DNA of 64,000 bases. Source: Squalus acanthias (lineage: Eukaryota). Location: positions 1 to 64,000 of the forward strand of contig JASTWF010000347.1 in the NCBI GenBank assembly GCA_030390025.1, written 5' to 3'. The stretch's first letter is position 1; each line of letters starts with the position of its first letter. The notes beneath the pieces were generated by a model. The model was not told the DNA's origin. It did no database searches and saw only the letters and a list, made by a program, of their open reading frames with translations. This document shows positions 51,040 through 64,000 of this stretch, piece by piece. The position numbers and the translations under genes are program-made.

Positions 51040-52545
51040 CTACAAAAAAATAAATCAGTGGGTAGAAGTTATGGGAAGTTTCTTGGAGTGGTAGAAAGTG
51101 AGAAGTGGTGTCCTGTAGGGATCCTTGCTAGGAACACTGTTGTTGACCATCATCAGGGGTTGGGCAACACGATGGAACATTAGAGAGGTGAAACAAAGTG
51201 CACAGAGAATTGGGAGAGAGAAATATCAGTAGAGTAAAGAATCGTTCAGAAATAGGAGGGATCAGACAGGGGCCAAATGCGAGGCAGTCTAAGATGGGTT
51301 TGGAGTGCATGTGCGTAATGCACGGGGTGTGGTAAATAGCATTGGTGAACTGCAGGCACAAGCAGCCACATGGGACTCTGATAAAGTGGCAAGAACAGGG
51401 ACCTGGCTCAAACAAGGGGAGGATTGGGAACTCAATATTCCTGGCTACCAGGTGTTCAGGAAAGACAGGGAATGAAAAAAGGAGGGGGTGGCAGTGTTGA
51501 TCAAATAAAGTATTATAGAACTGGAGAGGGATGATGTATGTGAGAGGTCCAAAACAGAATCTATTTGTTTAGATTTAAGGAACAATAGAGGGACTATTAC
51601 GCTACTGGGTGTAAACTATACACTATCATATAGCGGGAAGGAGATAGAGAAGCAAATTTGCAGGCAAATTACAGAAGGATGCAGGAACTACAGTGTAGTG
51701 ATAATGGGGGGTTTCAATTATCTTAATATAGACTGTGATAGTAACATTGTAAAGGTCACTGAGGGGGAGAAATTCCTGAAATAGTAAAATGGTTGTCAAA
51801 GGAAGGGTGGGGACGGTTAGGGACCAAATAGGAGATATTCTTGTGGAGGCAGAGGGCATGGTTGAGGTTCTAAATGAGTATGTTGCATCTGTCTTTACTA
51901 GAGAAGAGGATGCTGCCAATGTAGCAGTAAAGGAGGAGGTAGTAGCGATATTGCATATAATAAAAATAGATAAAGAGGAGGCACTTAACAGGTTGGCAGG
52001 CCTCAAAGTAGAAAAGGCACCCAGATGGATGGGATGCATTCTAGGTTACTGAGGGCAGTAAGGGCTGAAATTAAGGAGGCTCTGGCCACAATCTTCCAAT
52101 CCTCGTTAGATATGGAGGTGGTACCAGAGGACTGGAGGATTGCAAATATTACACACCCGTTTAAAAAACGGGAGATGGATAAACCGTGCAAATACAGTCA
52201 GTTTAACGTCGGTAAGGGAAACTATTAGAGACAATAATCCGGGACAAAATTGATTGGCATTTGAAAAATATGGGGTTATAAATGAAACTCAGCATGGATT
52301 TATTAAAAGCGAATTGTGTTTGACTAACTTGATTGAATTCTTTGATGAAGTAACAGAGAGGGTTGATGAGGGTAGTGCGGTTGATTTTGTGTATTACTGG
52401 GAAACAAGGATGAAAATTTTAAACTTGAAGCATTGCTGGACCAGGAGCCAGTGTAGGTCGGTGAGTACAGGGGTGCTAGTTGAACAGGACTTGGTGCGAG
52501 TTAAAATACAGCAGAAGAGTTTTGGATGAGCTGAAGTTTACAGAG
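51040..52545 (+). mobile_element. Old degraded CR1 fragments followed by a short L2 piece (~52398-52545, -)
   Basis: APE and RT-like peptides with many lesions. Confidence 0.8.
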
Positions 52546-52753
52546 GGAGAAAACTGGGAGTGGAGGAAAGAAATGTTGGAGATGATGCGATGGGTTTGGA
52601 TTTCAGCACAGGGAGGAGGGAGAGTGTGTGGGACGGGGATTTACAGCTTTGGGGGAACAAGAGAGAAAAGAATGTTCCATAGAAACTAGAATTGTCTGTT
52701 CTGAATTTCTATCCTGTAATTACATTGATGACTTTTGTAAATTCCTTTTACAG

Positions 52754-53538
52754 GTATTTGAAGGCAGGAATTGCAGTCAGGAAACTCAAACCAAACATCA
52801 CAACAAGATCTGACAGAGTCACTCCATTCATCAGGATCTGAATATCATCGGCCTTTGAATGTGGAAGGAGAAATGTTTGTCTGTTCTGTCTGTGGGAAAA
52901 GATTTCAAACATCAGTGTGACTGGAAAAGCACCGAGACACACACACCCGAGTGAGAGTGTTCCAGTGCACTGACTGTGGAAAGAGCTTTAACCAGTTACA
53001 CAGCCTGAAAAAACATCGCACCGTTCACATCGGGGAGAAACCGTACACGTGTTCAGTGTGTGGACGAGGCTTCAACTGATCATCCAACCTGGAGAGACAC
53101 AAGGACACCCGCACCACGGAGAAACCGTGGAAATGTGGGGACTGTGGGAAGGGATTCAATGCCCCATCTCAGCTAGAAACTCATCGACGCAATCACACTG
53201 GGGAGAGGCCGTTCACCTGCTCCGTGTGTGGGAAGGGATTCGCTCAGTTATGCAACCTGCTGACTCACCAGCGTCTTCACACTGGGGAGAGGCCGTTCAT
53301 CTGCTCCATGTGTGGGAAGGGATTCGCTCAGTCATCCAACCTGCTGAGACACCAGCGAGTTCACACTGATGATAAACCTTTTAAATGCTCTGACTGTGAG
53401 AAGTGTTTTAAAAGCACAAGGGATCTGCAGACACACCAAGGCACTCACACTGGGGAGAGACCGTTCACCTGCTCTGTGTGTGCGAAGGGATTTATTCGGC
53501 CATTCCACCTGCTGAGACACCAGCGAGTTCATACGTGA
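52754..53538 (+). CDS. ZNF-J: stop-containing leader, then 5 open fingers (gene or pseudogene)
   Basis: Acceptor at 52753; TGA at 52918-52920 and 53077-53079. Confidence 0.65.
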
Positions 53539-55095
53539 CTGCAGGTGTTGGATTCGGCTGTTAATCGCATCCAGGACTGAACCATGTTTCTGACATTCTT
53601 GGGGTTTGTTTAATAACCCCTATAACTGGGCTGGAGTTTAATATTCTGGATATATGTGAAATAAATCAGTTTTGTTTTAAACACACTGCTGTAGATTTTC
53701 GTCTTTCCCACCTGAGTGTTTAGCATCACCTGGCTGAAGCTCAGAAAGGACAATCTGGGGGAGGATCGTACGGCGGGAACAGAACTTCAGCCTGGACACA
53801 GTCCTTCAGGGCCACACTGAGAGGGGCAAACGGCACTTTGGTCTTTCTCGTCTCTCTTCACTGACAGCAAAGTCGCCGTGTGGGTTAATCTTGAGGTGTG
53901 TAAGAACTGTGTCCCAGCCGCTCTCTTCCATGGTTCAGAGCTCCTAGGCACGGAACAGAAGGCTCCTTTACAACTGTGTTTAGAGTCAGGAAGAACAACG
54001 GTGAATGCTGGAAACGTGCTGTCAAATCAGAGATTGGTGTAAAAGTGCGATCTGTTCTGACTGCAAGTGAAACAGGTTTATGTTTCTAGTCTAAAAATGA
54101 TTGTGGTAATTATTCCATGAACATTTAACGAGTTTGAGTGACAGTCCTGAGTCTACCATTTTAAGGCAGGCGTTAACCCATTTAAAATAAACCCGTTTAA
54201 AATAAATAGTTTAAAGTCAGCATTAAAATAGCAGAGGGAGGAGTTCACAGGAGCCTGTTAACTGCTGGTACAATTATACAACAGACATTTGATCTCCAGA
54301 TAAAGAAGGACCTGCAGCGTGTTTCCAGGAATTCCCTGTTTTATTGATGTGTGTGTGTTAGACACCAGGATAACTAAAAATACACGACCCGGAACATCCA
54401 CGGGGGTGCGATCCCGACAGTTACTCTGGGATCACTCCCGCTGTGGAACTCCACCACTGACCCTGCTGAAGGTTGTAGGCTCAGGGAGTGGGGCCTCCAG
54501 GAGTGGACGGTAAGAAGATCAGATTTAATATGAAATAGTAATCATAAAAGTAAAGTCTTGCTTTGTTTTGTTTACATGTTTGTTTAATATTGTGGACTTT
54601 GTATTAAAGACCCGTGTCTAGTGAACTATTAGCTTGTAATCACCTCAGACAGAACAGGCTCTAATTATCCCTTTTAGGATAAATAAACTGCATGCGATTT
54701 AATTATAATTTGGAGTTGATTGTTTGTGCCCCTTTAAAAAGGGGGCTCTCTGGGTAATGTGACATCGATTGATGACAATGACATTCTAATTGGCCTTTTA
54801 AAAGAGTCGAACATCCTTTCGTGCCTCCCAGGCTTGGCAATTATCAAAGTCTGATACAGCTTGTTAGATTATGAGTCTTATTATACAACTATGATATATG
54901 AATATTACAATAAGTATTCCTTTGTAGAATCTCCCATGTGAATATTTTGCACTCATTTAGTATAGGAGTTGTATTATTGTAGAATCTACATATTCCAAAT
55001 AAATCCTGTGCTCGGGATTAAGGTGTGTGGAGTGTTTCATTGGAGATCTTGAACTCAACTAGGAATAGCGTAAAAGCTCATCAGGATTGTAAACA

Positions 55096-56170
55096 ACTTC
55101 AGTCTGACATACACTGGAGATTGGTGTCAGTGACTGTGGGATTGGTTTATATCAGACAGGAGGAGATTGGTGTCAGTGACTGTGGGGTTGGTTTATATCA
55201 GACAGGAGGAGATTGGTGTCAGTGACTGTGGGGTTGGTTTATATCAGACAGGAGGAGATTGGTGTCAGTGACTGTGGGGTTGGTTTATATCAGACAGGAG
55301 GAGATTGGTGTCAGTGACTGTGGGTTGGTTTATATCAGACAGGAGGAGATTGGTGTCAGTGACTGTGGGGTTGGTTTATATCAGACAGGAGGAGATTAGG
55401 TGTCAGTGACTGTGGGGTTGGTTTATATCAGACAGGAGGAGATTGGTGTCAGTGACTGTGGGGTTGGTTTATATCAGACAGGAGGAGATTGGTGTCAGTG
55501 ACTGTGGGGTTGGTTTATATCAGACAGGAGGAGATTGGTGTCAGTGACTGTGGGATTGGTTTATATCAGACAGGAGGAGATTGGTGTCGTGACTGTGGGG
55601 TTGGTTTATATCAGACAGGAGGAGATTGGTGTCAGTGACTGTGGGATTGGTTTATATCAGACAGGAGGAGATTGGTGTCTGACTGTGGGGTTGGTTTATA
55701 TCAGACAGGAGGAGATTGGTGTCAGTGACTGTGGGGTTGGTTTATATCAGACAGGAGGAGATTGGTGTCAGTGACTGTGGGGTTGGTTTATATCAGACAG
55801 GAGGAGATTGGTGTCAGTGACTGTGGGATTGGTTTATATCAGACAGGAGGAGATTGGTGTCAGTGACTGTGGGGTTGGTTTATATCAGACAGGAGGAGAT
55901 TGGTGTCAGTGACTGTGGGATTGGTTTATAGCAGACAGGAGGAGATTGGTGTCAGTGACTGTGGGGTTGGTTTATATCAGACAGGAGGAGATTGGTGTCA
56001 GTGACTGGGGTTGGTTTATATCAGACAGGAGGAGATTGGTGTCAGTGACTGTGGGATTGGTTTATATCAGACAGGAGGAGATTGGTGTCAGTGACTGTGG
56101 GGTTGGTTTATATCAGACAGGAGGAGATTGGTGTCAGTGACTGTGGGATTGGTTTATAGCAGACAGGAGA
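55096..56170. repeat. 46-bp minisatellite, ~23 copies
   Basis: Same unit as 7879-9977. Confidence 0.97.
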
Positions 56171-56240
56171 TTTGTGTAAATGCAGTGATGTCTCTTGCAA
56201 GGTTTTGCTCTGATTGTCGGTAATGGGATCTCCTGTGTAA

Positions 56241-56357
<117 letters not shown>

Positions 56358-59300
56358 CTGCAGGGGTTGGATTCTGCTCTTAATCACATCCAGGACTGAA
56401 CCATGTTCATTCTGACAGTTGGGGTTTGTTTCTGCTGATAATAACCCCTATAACTGGGCTGGAGTTTAATATTCTGGATATAGAGCTGATTGACTTGTCG
56501 GGGCTGCAGTGTTCGTTTAAGAACCGCTGTCTGATCTTTCCCCTTAATTCAGGGACTCTCATCAGAAATTATTTTACAATAAAATTATGAACTTTTATTT
56601 CAATCCTAAATTGATCTTTGGGACAAAATCTACAATTCAGTGTCTGAAAGGTTCCGCTGATTAACATCTCCAATTAGAAAGTGCTGATTAATCCTCGCTG
56701 ACAATTCTTACTGACTTGCACATTACACACAGTGGCACCTCCATTATCCACCAGAAAGAAGGGGAATGGGAATTGGTGGAGAATCGAGAGTCCCCAAATG
56801 TTGCCCCTCCCGTCTGGTACAGCAATCCCCTCGGCACGGGAATGGAGACAAGTCCAGTTATAGTAACGGGATGAGTTAAAGGTATTTACTCAGACGGGCG
56901 GAAGGTGGGAAGTGGTGTTCCACGGGGATCGGTGCTGGGACCACTGTTGTTCACCATTTACATGAATGATTTGGACTTGGGAATCAGAGGTACAATTTCA
57001 AAATTTGCTGATGACACTAAATTGGGGGGTGTAGTTAATACTGAGGAAGACTGCGATAGCATCCTTGTAGAATTATTCAGTTGTGTTCAGTAAATAGCAG
57101 CATCTTTTAATTTGCTTTGACTGATCACATCACTATATAGTTATGTGAAAAACAGAAATCATTAACAGCTCCCAATTTCAGAATTGTCAGATTCAAACTC
57201 AACTTCTTCCAAGTACAATCTAACACTTCAAAAATTGTAATGGATGTAGGCGAGATATTAGGACTGTTGTCTAACACAATCCAAACACAGTGACACACAG
57301 ACAGATGGGCAGGTGTAGCTTCACAGCGAATCCTTTCAAGCCTCACTAAAAAGTGGCAGACTGGCAATCCATTGTTCACTAATGGAGTTGTGATCTTTGT
57401 AAATTAAGAAAGGAATGTGTCAAAGAGTTGATTAACAGAGTGGGGCATCATCTCCCTTTGATTTCTATTTCTGACACCAGGCAACAGAAAAAGGTCATTA
57501 CAACACGACATAAACAGACTCTTCAGGTGTGAGACATCAGACTTCAGAACAACACGTCTGCCAGCTCTGGCCACAAACCTCAGTACAGTCAACCTTTCAG
57601 CAGCTGCAGCCCTGATTAAATAACTAGTAGTTTAACATGTCTAGTAGAGCTTTTGTATCAAAATAGAAGAAATGTATTTGTGACACACACACAATTAATA
57701 ATTAAATCACAATGTGATTGTGAGGATCGATTATCGCCTCTTGATACCTTCCGTGCCCACCGGTCGAGGAAGGTATCAAGTGAACCGGTGGACACCGCCT
57801 GCTCCCTCTCCAGGGCCACCCGGGCAGGGACAAGACCACGGGAGAGAGGCAGGCAGCCAGAGTGACCCCCCATGGGCCCCGCCCATCCTGGACCTACAAA
57901 TTGCTGTTTTCGCCAGGCCCAAGAGCAGGTCCAGGAGAAGATCCTCCGACTTACCCACCCCCCTCCGCACCGGGCGGCCAAAGATTAGGAGCGTGGGGCT
58001 AAAGTGTAACCAAGAGTTGAGGAGCAGCCCCTTCAGGTAACTATACAGGGGCTGCAACCTCTCACACTGAATATATACACGGCCCGTGGACTCCTCTAGG
58101 CCGCAAAAAACACATCTGGCCTTGGAGTCCGGAAAGGAGCTTAAACTGTTGCACACGACAGCTCCTTGCAACAGTCTCCACCCCAGATCCCCAATGGTGC
58201 AGGGAAGGACCCCCGCGTAGAGAGCCCTCCATTGGGGAACCTCGCCTCCGCCAGACAGCAAGATGACCCACCAGTCTGATTGAGATTGGGCAATAAACTA
58301 AATTAATCAATAAATGATACAGAAACCCGAGTCCCCGGGTCCTCAGCCCTGGTGTGAAGTACGCTGGCCACCAATTTTCCGTTACTAACTCGCACCTCAG
58401 GCCCCGCCCAGTCTGGTTTAATTACTAAATGTTTTCTAACTCGAGTTCAGGCCTGTCATTCTGAGGGAAACTTACGAGGCCTCATTTTTTTGTGTGACCT
58501 ACCCGAGAGGCTTTAATAAACTGGCAATAAGATTTTATTTTAAAGGAGGAAAGTGGTGAAAAACACCACTAGCGATGCCTCAAAACTCACGGACAGAGAA
58601 ATCCACTTCATCAGCGCCCCTGCCACAGGACTCAATATCCACCCCCTCCACCACTGGTGCACTGTGTCTGCAGTGTGTACGGTCTACAAGATGACCACGG
58701 TCAGGCCGTGTGGAGTCAAAGGTCAGGCAGCAGAATGGATGGAAAGATCGCAACAAACTTCCCTTAACTCCAACCCTCTGATTTCTGTTTTGTAGCCATC
58801 TTTCCATCCATTCTGCTGCCTGGCCCTTCACTCCACACGAGGGTGGGAGGAGGCTCATGTGGAGCAGAAACACCGGCATTGACCAGTTGGGCCGAATGGC
58901 CTGTTCCTGTGCTGTAGACTCTGTAATTCGATGTAACTCTGTGTAACTATGTCCTCTGACTCCTGACACAGCTGGAAAAGATTTTTACTAATATTACCAC
59001 AATTGTGCAGCATCTTCATTTCCAAATCCCTCTGAGCTTCTCTAATGGCTGCTTTTGTCTCCCTCAATTGTGGGTGATATTTGTCCCTATTCTTCTGTAA
59101 ACTCAGTTCATCTTGTTACAAACTGGGTTCAAATTTCGGCGAGTCAGGCATCATTCGCCCCTCGACCTATGCAGGCAGGTAAGAGCCCAGACGGTTCCTC
59201 AGTAAGGATTCCTCTGGTTCCTCAGCATATATTTGTCAGGATACCGGAACCCAGCTTTCTTACCGTCCGCTCCCGGAGGCCCCACTCCCTGAGCCTACAA

Positions 59301-60257
59301 CCTTCAGCAGGGTCAGTGGTGGAGTTCCACAGCGGGAGTGATCCCAGAGTAACTGTCGGGATCGCACCCCCGTGGATGTTCCGGGTCGTGTATTTTTAGT
59401 TATCCTGGTGTCTAACACACACGCATCAATAAAACAGGGAATTCCTGGAAACACGCTGCAGGTCCTTCTTTATCTGGAGATCAAATGTCTGTTGTATAAT
59501 TGTACCAGCAGTTAACAGGCTCCTGTGAACTCCTCCCTCTGCTATTTTAATGCAGATTTTAACCAATTTATTTTAAACGGGTTTATTTTAAATGAGTTAA
59601 CGCCTGCCTTAAAATGGTAGACTCAGGACTGTCACACAAACACGTTAAATATTCATAGAATGATTACCAGTCATTTTTAGACTGGAAACTTAAACCTGCG
59701 TTTCGCTTTCAGTCAGGAACAGATCGCAGTTTGACACCAATCTCTGATTTGACAGCACGTTTCCAGCATTCACCGTTGTTCTTCCTGACTCTAAACACAG
59801 TTGTAAAGGAGCCTTCTGTTCCGTGCCTAGGAGCTCTGACCCATGGCAGAGAGCGGCTGGGACACATTTCTACAGGCCTCAAGATTAACCCGCACGGGGC
59901 CTTTGCTGTCAGTGAAGAGAGACGAGAAAGACCAAAGTGCCGTTTGCCCCTCTCAGTGTGGCCCTGAAGGACTGTGTCCAGGCTGAAGTTCTGTTCCCGC
60001 CGTACGATCCTCCCCCAGATTGTCCTTTCTGAGCTCCAGCCAGGTGATGCTAAACACTCAGGTGGGAAAGAAAAAAATCTACAACAATTTGTTCAAAACA
60101 AAGCTGATTTATTTGACATCTATCCAGAAAATGAACTCCAGCGCAGTTACAGGAGTTATTAGCATCAGCAGAAACAAATCCCAACTGTCAGAATGAACAT
60201 GGTTCAGTCCTGGATGTGATTAACAACAGCAATAACAGCAGAATCCAACTCCTGCAG

Positions 60258-61057
60258 TCACTTGTGAACTCGCTGGTGTGTCAGCAGGTTGGATGACTGA
60301 GTGAATCCCTTCCCACACACGGAGCAGGTGAACGGCCTCTCCCCAGTGTGAACTCGCTGGTGGACAATGAGGTCGGATGACTGCCTGAACCCAGTCCCGC
60401 AGTGAGAGCACCTGAATGGTCTCTCGTCAGTGTGAACATGTTGATGGAATGTCAGTTCCCCGGAACTTTTATAACACTTCCCGCAGTCCGGGCATTTAAA
60501 TGGTCTCTCATCAGTGTGAACTCGCCGGTGATTCAGCAAGGTGGATGACTGAGTGAATCCCTTCCCACACACAGAGCAGGTGAACGGTCTCTCCCCAGTG
60601 TGAACTCGCTGGTGTACAGTGAGCTCAGTGAACGGTCTCTCCCCAGTGTGAGTGCGCTGGTGTGTCAGCAGGGTGGATGACTGAGTGAATCCCTTCCCAC
60701 ACTCAGAGCAAGTGAATGGCCTCTCCCCAGTGTGAACTCGCTGGTGTCTCAGCAGATCCTTTTGCTTCTAAATCTCTTCTCACAGTCAGAACATTTAAAA
60801 GGTCTCTTATCAGTGTGAACTCACTGGTGTGTCAGAAAGCCAGATGACTGAGTGAAATCCTTTCCACACACGGAGCAGGTGAACGGCCTCTCTCCAGTGT
60901 GAGTGCGCTGGTGTGTCAGCAGGGTGGATGACTGAGTGAATCCCTTCCCACATACGGAGCAGGTGAACGGCCTCTCCCCAGTGTGAATGCGCTGGTGTAC
61001 AGTGAGCTCAGTGAACGGCCTCTCCCCAGTGTGAGTTCGCTGGTGTACAGTGAGCTC
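60258..61057 (-). pseudogene. Detached, frameshifted 3' fingers of ZNF-L
   Basis: The last fingers match the ZNF-C 3' end; internal deletions at ~60627 and ~61008. Confidence 0.8.
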
Positions 61058-61446
61058 AGATGGTTAAGAGGAGACCTAATAGAGGGGTTCAAAATGATGA
61101 GGGGTTTTGATCGAGCAAGTAGGGAGAAACTGTTCATTCTGGCAAGTGGGTCGGTAACCAAAGTTCACAGATTTAAAATAGTTGCTAAAAGAACTAGAGA
61201 TGAATGAGGAGAATTGTTTTCACACAGAGGGTTGTTAAGATCTGGAACTTACCATCTGAAAGGATGCTGGAATCAGGTTCCACAGGAACTTTCAAACGGT
61301 GATTGGACGTGTACTTGAAGAGGACTAGTTTGCAGAGTTCTGGGGATAAAGCTGGGGTTTGGGACTAAATTGGACAGCTCGTTCAAAGAGCCGGCACAGA
61401 CACGATGGGCCGAATCACCTCCTTCTGTGCTGTTAGATTCTATGAT
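61058..61446 (+). mobile_element. CR1 3' fragment, antisense inside ZNF-L
   Basis: LRGDLIEGFKMMRGFDR; ATTCTATGAT tail. Confidence 0.9.
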
Positions 61447-63011
61447 CAGTGTGAACACGCTGGTGTCCCTTAAGGTTCTTAGAGCTTTTAAAGCTCTTCC
61501 CACAGTCAGAACATTTAAAGGGTCTCTCGTCAGTGTGAACTCGCTGGTGTCCCTTCAGCTCCCCGGGGCTTTTAAAGCTCTTCCCACAGTCAGAACATTT
61601 AAAGGGTCTCTCGTCAGTGTGAACAAGCTGGTGTGACAGGAGGGTGGATGACTGAGTGAATCCCTTCCCACACTCGGAGCAGGTGAACGGCCTCTCGCCA
61701 GTGTGGAGGAGCCGGTGTCTCTTCAGCTCCCCAGAGCTTTTAAATCTCTTCCCACAGTCAGAACATTTAAAGGGTCTCTTGTCAGTGTGAACTCGCTGGT
61801 GTGTCAGGAGGGTGGATGACTGAGTGAATCCCTTCCCACATACGGAGCAGGTGAACGGCCTCTCCCCAGTGTGAACAAGCTGGTGTGTCAGGAGGGCGGA
61901 TGACTGAGTGAATCCCTTCCCACACACGGAGCAGGTGAACGGTCTCTCACCAGTGTGGCGGAGCCGGTGTCTCTTCAGCTCCCGGGAGCTTTTAAATCTC
62001 TTCCCACAGTCAGAACATTTAAAGGGGTTCTCTCCAGTGTGAACTCGCTGATGTGCCAGCAGGTTGGAGGACCGAGCGAATCCCTTCCCACACACGGAGC
62101 AGGTGAACGGCCTCTCCCCAGTGTGAACTTGCTGGTGTTGCTTGAGCTCCCCAGGGCTTTTAAAACTCTTCCCACACTCAGAACATTTAAAGGGTCTCTC
62201 GTCAGTGTGAACTCGCTGGTGTCCCTTCAGATCCCCGGAGCTTTTAAAGCTCTTCCCACAGTCAGAACATTTAAAGGATCTCTCGTCAGTGTGAACAAGC
62301 TGGTGTGTCAGCAGGGTGGAGGACTGCAAGAATCCCTTCCCACACACGGAGCAGGTGAACGGCCTCTCGTCAGTGTGAACAAGCTGGTGTCCCTTCAGAT
62401 CCCTGGGGCTTTTAAAATGCTTCCCACAGTCAGAACATTTAAAGGGTCTCTCGTCAGTGTGAACAAGCTGGTGTCCCTTCAGATCCCTGGGGCTTTTAAA
62501 ATGCTTCCCACAGTCAGAACATTTAAAAGGTCTCTCTTCAGAGTGAACAAGCTGGTGTCGCTTCAGATTCTGGGGGATTTTAAAGCTCTTCCCACAGTCA
62601 GAACACTGAAATGGTCTCTCGTCAGTGTGAACTCGCTGGTGTCTCAGCAGGTGGGATGAACAAACAAATCCCTTTCCGCACATGGAGCAGGTGAACGGAC
62701 TGTCCCTGGTGTGACTGCGCCGTTGAACTTCTATTGCAGACGGGGAACTGAATCCCTTCCCACCGTCCCCACCTTTACCCGGTTTCTCCCCGGTGTGACG
62801 GTGCACGTGTCTCACCAGGTCAGGCGATCGGCTGAATCCGCGTCCACACACCGAACACGTGTGCGGTTTGTCATCGCTGCGATCGCTGCTTTCTCCTTCC
62901 ATGTGCAAAGGCCGATGATATTCAGGTCCTGATGAATCGAGCGACTCTGTCAGATCTTGACGTGATGTTTGGTCTGAGCTTCCCGCCTGTAACTGCTCCA
63001 CTTCTATAACC
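61433..63011 (-). CDS. ZNF-L (paralog of ZNF-C): 16 intact fingers plus 1 Cys-less finger; stop supplied by the LINE tail
   Basis: Open from the acceptor at 63011 to HTDHRI*. Confidence 0.8.
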
Positions 63012-63459
63012 CTGTAAAATGAGTTCAGAAAAGGATCAGAGGCAAACTGTTGTTTAATTTTCCCCTTTCCGAACCTAGGGGCAGTGAAGCTGATTTTCAG
63101 GCTCCAGCTGCTGCACAGGTTGGTTGAAAGGATCAGCAGTAATGGCGGCTGCAATACCCACAAGCCCCGGCGCTCCAGAAAGCGCTCTGTTGACTCTGAG
63201 TCCCGCCCATGTGCTCATGGCCCCCGCGCTCTCCCTCCTGCTCCACAATCGCCCGTCCCGATCGGTCCACAACGCGCATGCTCAGCGCACAAAACCCCGC
63301 GGTTGGAACATCGGGCGCGCATGCGGAGCCGCAACATCTGGTACGTGTGCGCGGCTCAGGTGGGGGCGAGTCGGTGTTTCGCCTCAGCCGCCAGGGAGGT
63401 GCGCATGCGCAGGACGACCCAACATTCTTCCTGTCAGCAATCACTCCCTCGTTTCTTTA

Positions 63460-63559
63460 ATAAAAACAGAAACTGCTGGAAATACTCAGCAGGTCAGGCA
63501 GCATCTGTGGAGAGAGAAACAGAGTTAACGTTTCAGGTCGATGACCTTTCGTCAGAACT
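63460..63559 (-). mobile_element. Penelope-like terminal fragment with hammerhead motif (paralog of 16381-16479)
   Basis: CTGACGA-A-AGGTCATCGACCT-GAAACGTT on the minus strand. Confidence 0.75.
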
Positions 63560-63571
63560 GCTTGTTCTTTA

Positions 63572-63999
63572 GTGTCAGCCAGTGGCTCAGTGGGTCGCAC
63601 TCTCGCCTCTGAGTCAGAAAGTTGTGAGTTCAAATCCCACTCCAGAGACTTGAGCACAGGAATCCAGGCTGACACTCCAGTGCAGTGCTGAGGGAGTGCT
63701 GGCACTGTCGGAGGTGCCGTTTTTTGGATGAGACGTTAAACTGAGGCCCCGTCTGCTCTCTCAGGTGGATATAAAGATCCCATGACACTATTTCGAGAAG
63801 AAAGACTTGCATTTATACAGGGCTTTCATGACCACCAGATGTCTTGAAGTGCTTTACAGACAATGAAGTACTTTTGAGGTGTAGTCACTGTTGTAATGTG
63901 GGAAAGAGCAGGGGAGTTATCCCAGTGTCCTGGCCAATGTTTATCCCTCAATTAACATAACAAAATGATAGATTATCTGGTCATTATCACATTGCTGTT
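63572..63999 (+). mobile_element. SacSINE1/DeuSINE-like SINE
   Basis: A and B boxes; Deu-like CCTGGCCAA..ATTATCTGGTCATTATCACATTGCTGTTT segment. Confidence 0.75.
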
Positions 64000-64000
64000 T

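Noticed and set aside
55096..56170. CRISPR-like regular arrays (also 10361-11220)
   Set aside because: Units are contiguous with no unique spacers, there are no cas genes, and the context is eukaryotic

Overview
Eukaryotic, repeat-rich DNA, most likely from a cartilaginous fish (inferred from DeuSINE/SacSINE1-like and CR1/HER1-like repeats). The window is a tandem C2H2 zinc-finger (ZNF) cluster of 11 paralogous genes or pseudogenes plus one fragment. Four pairs sit head-to-head around GC/CCAAT/NRF1-type promoters, and the region is built from direct and inverted segmental duplications. Between the genes are many CR1 LINE fragments, L2 and Tx1 remnants, a Harbinger-like MITE, SINEs, Penelope-like (PLE) remnants and five minisatellites. 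Main oddities: (1) TSD-flanked fold-back PLE insertions carrying minimal hammerhead ribozymes, one reconstructing to a circularly permuted ~349-nt retrozyme-like unit; (2) a palindromic bidirectional promoter whose two 138-bp arms each carry the same splice donor; (3) a near-invariant stop-containing 5' finger cassette shared by several ZNFs ahead of open variable arrays; (4) an in-frame ZNF-LINE ORF2 fusion; (5) a tRNA-Ile/CR1-tail mini-SINE. All alignments and counts were made by eye, so repeat boundaries are approximate.
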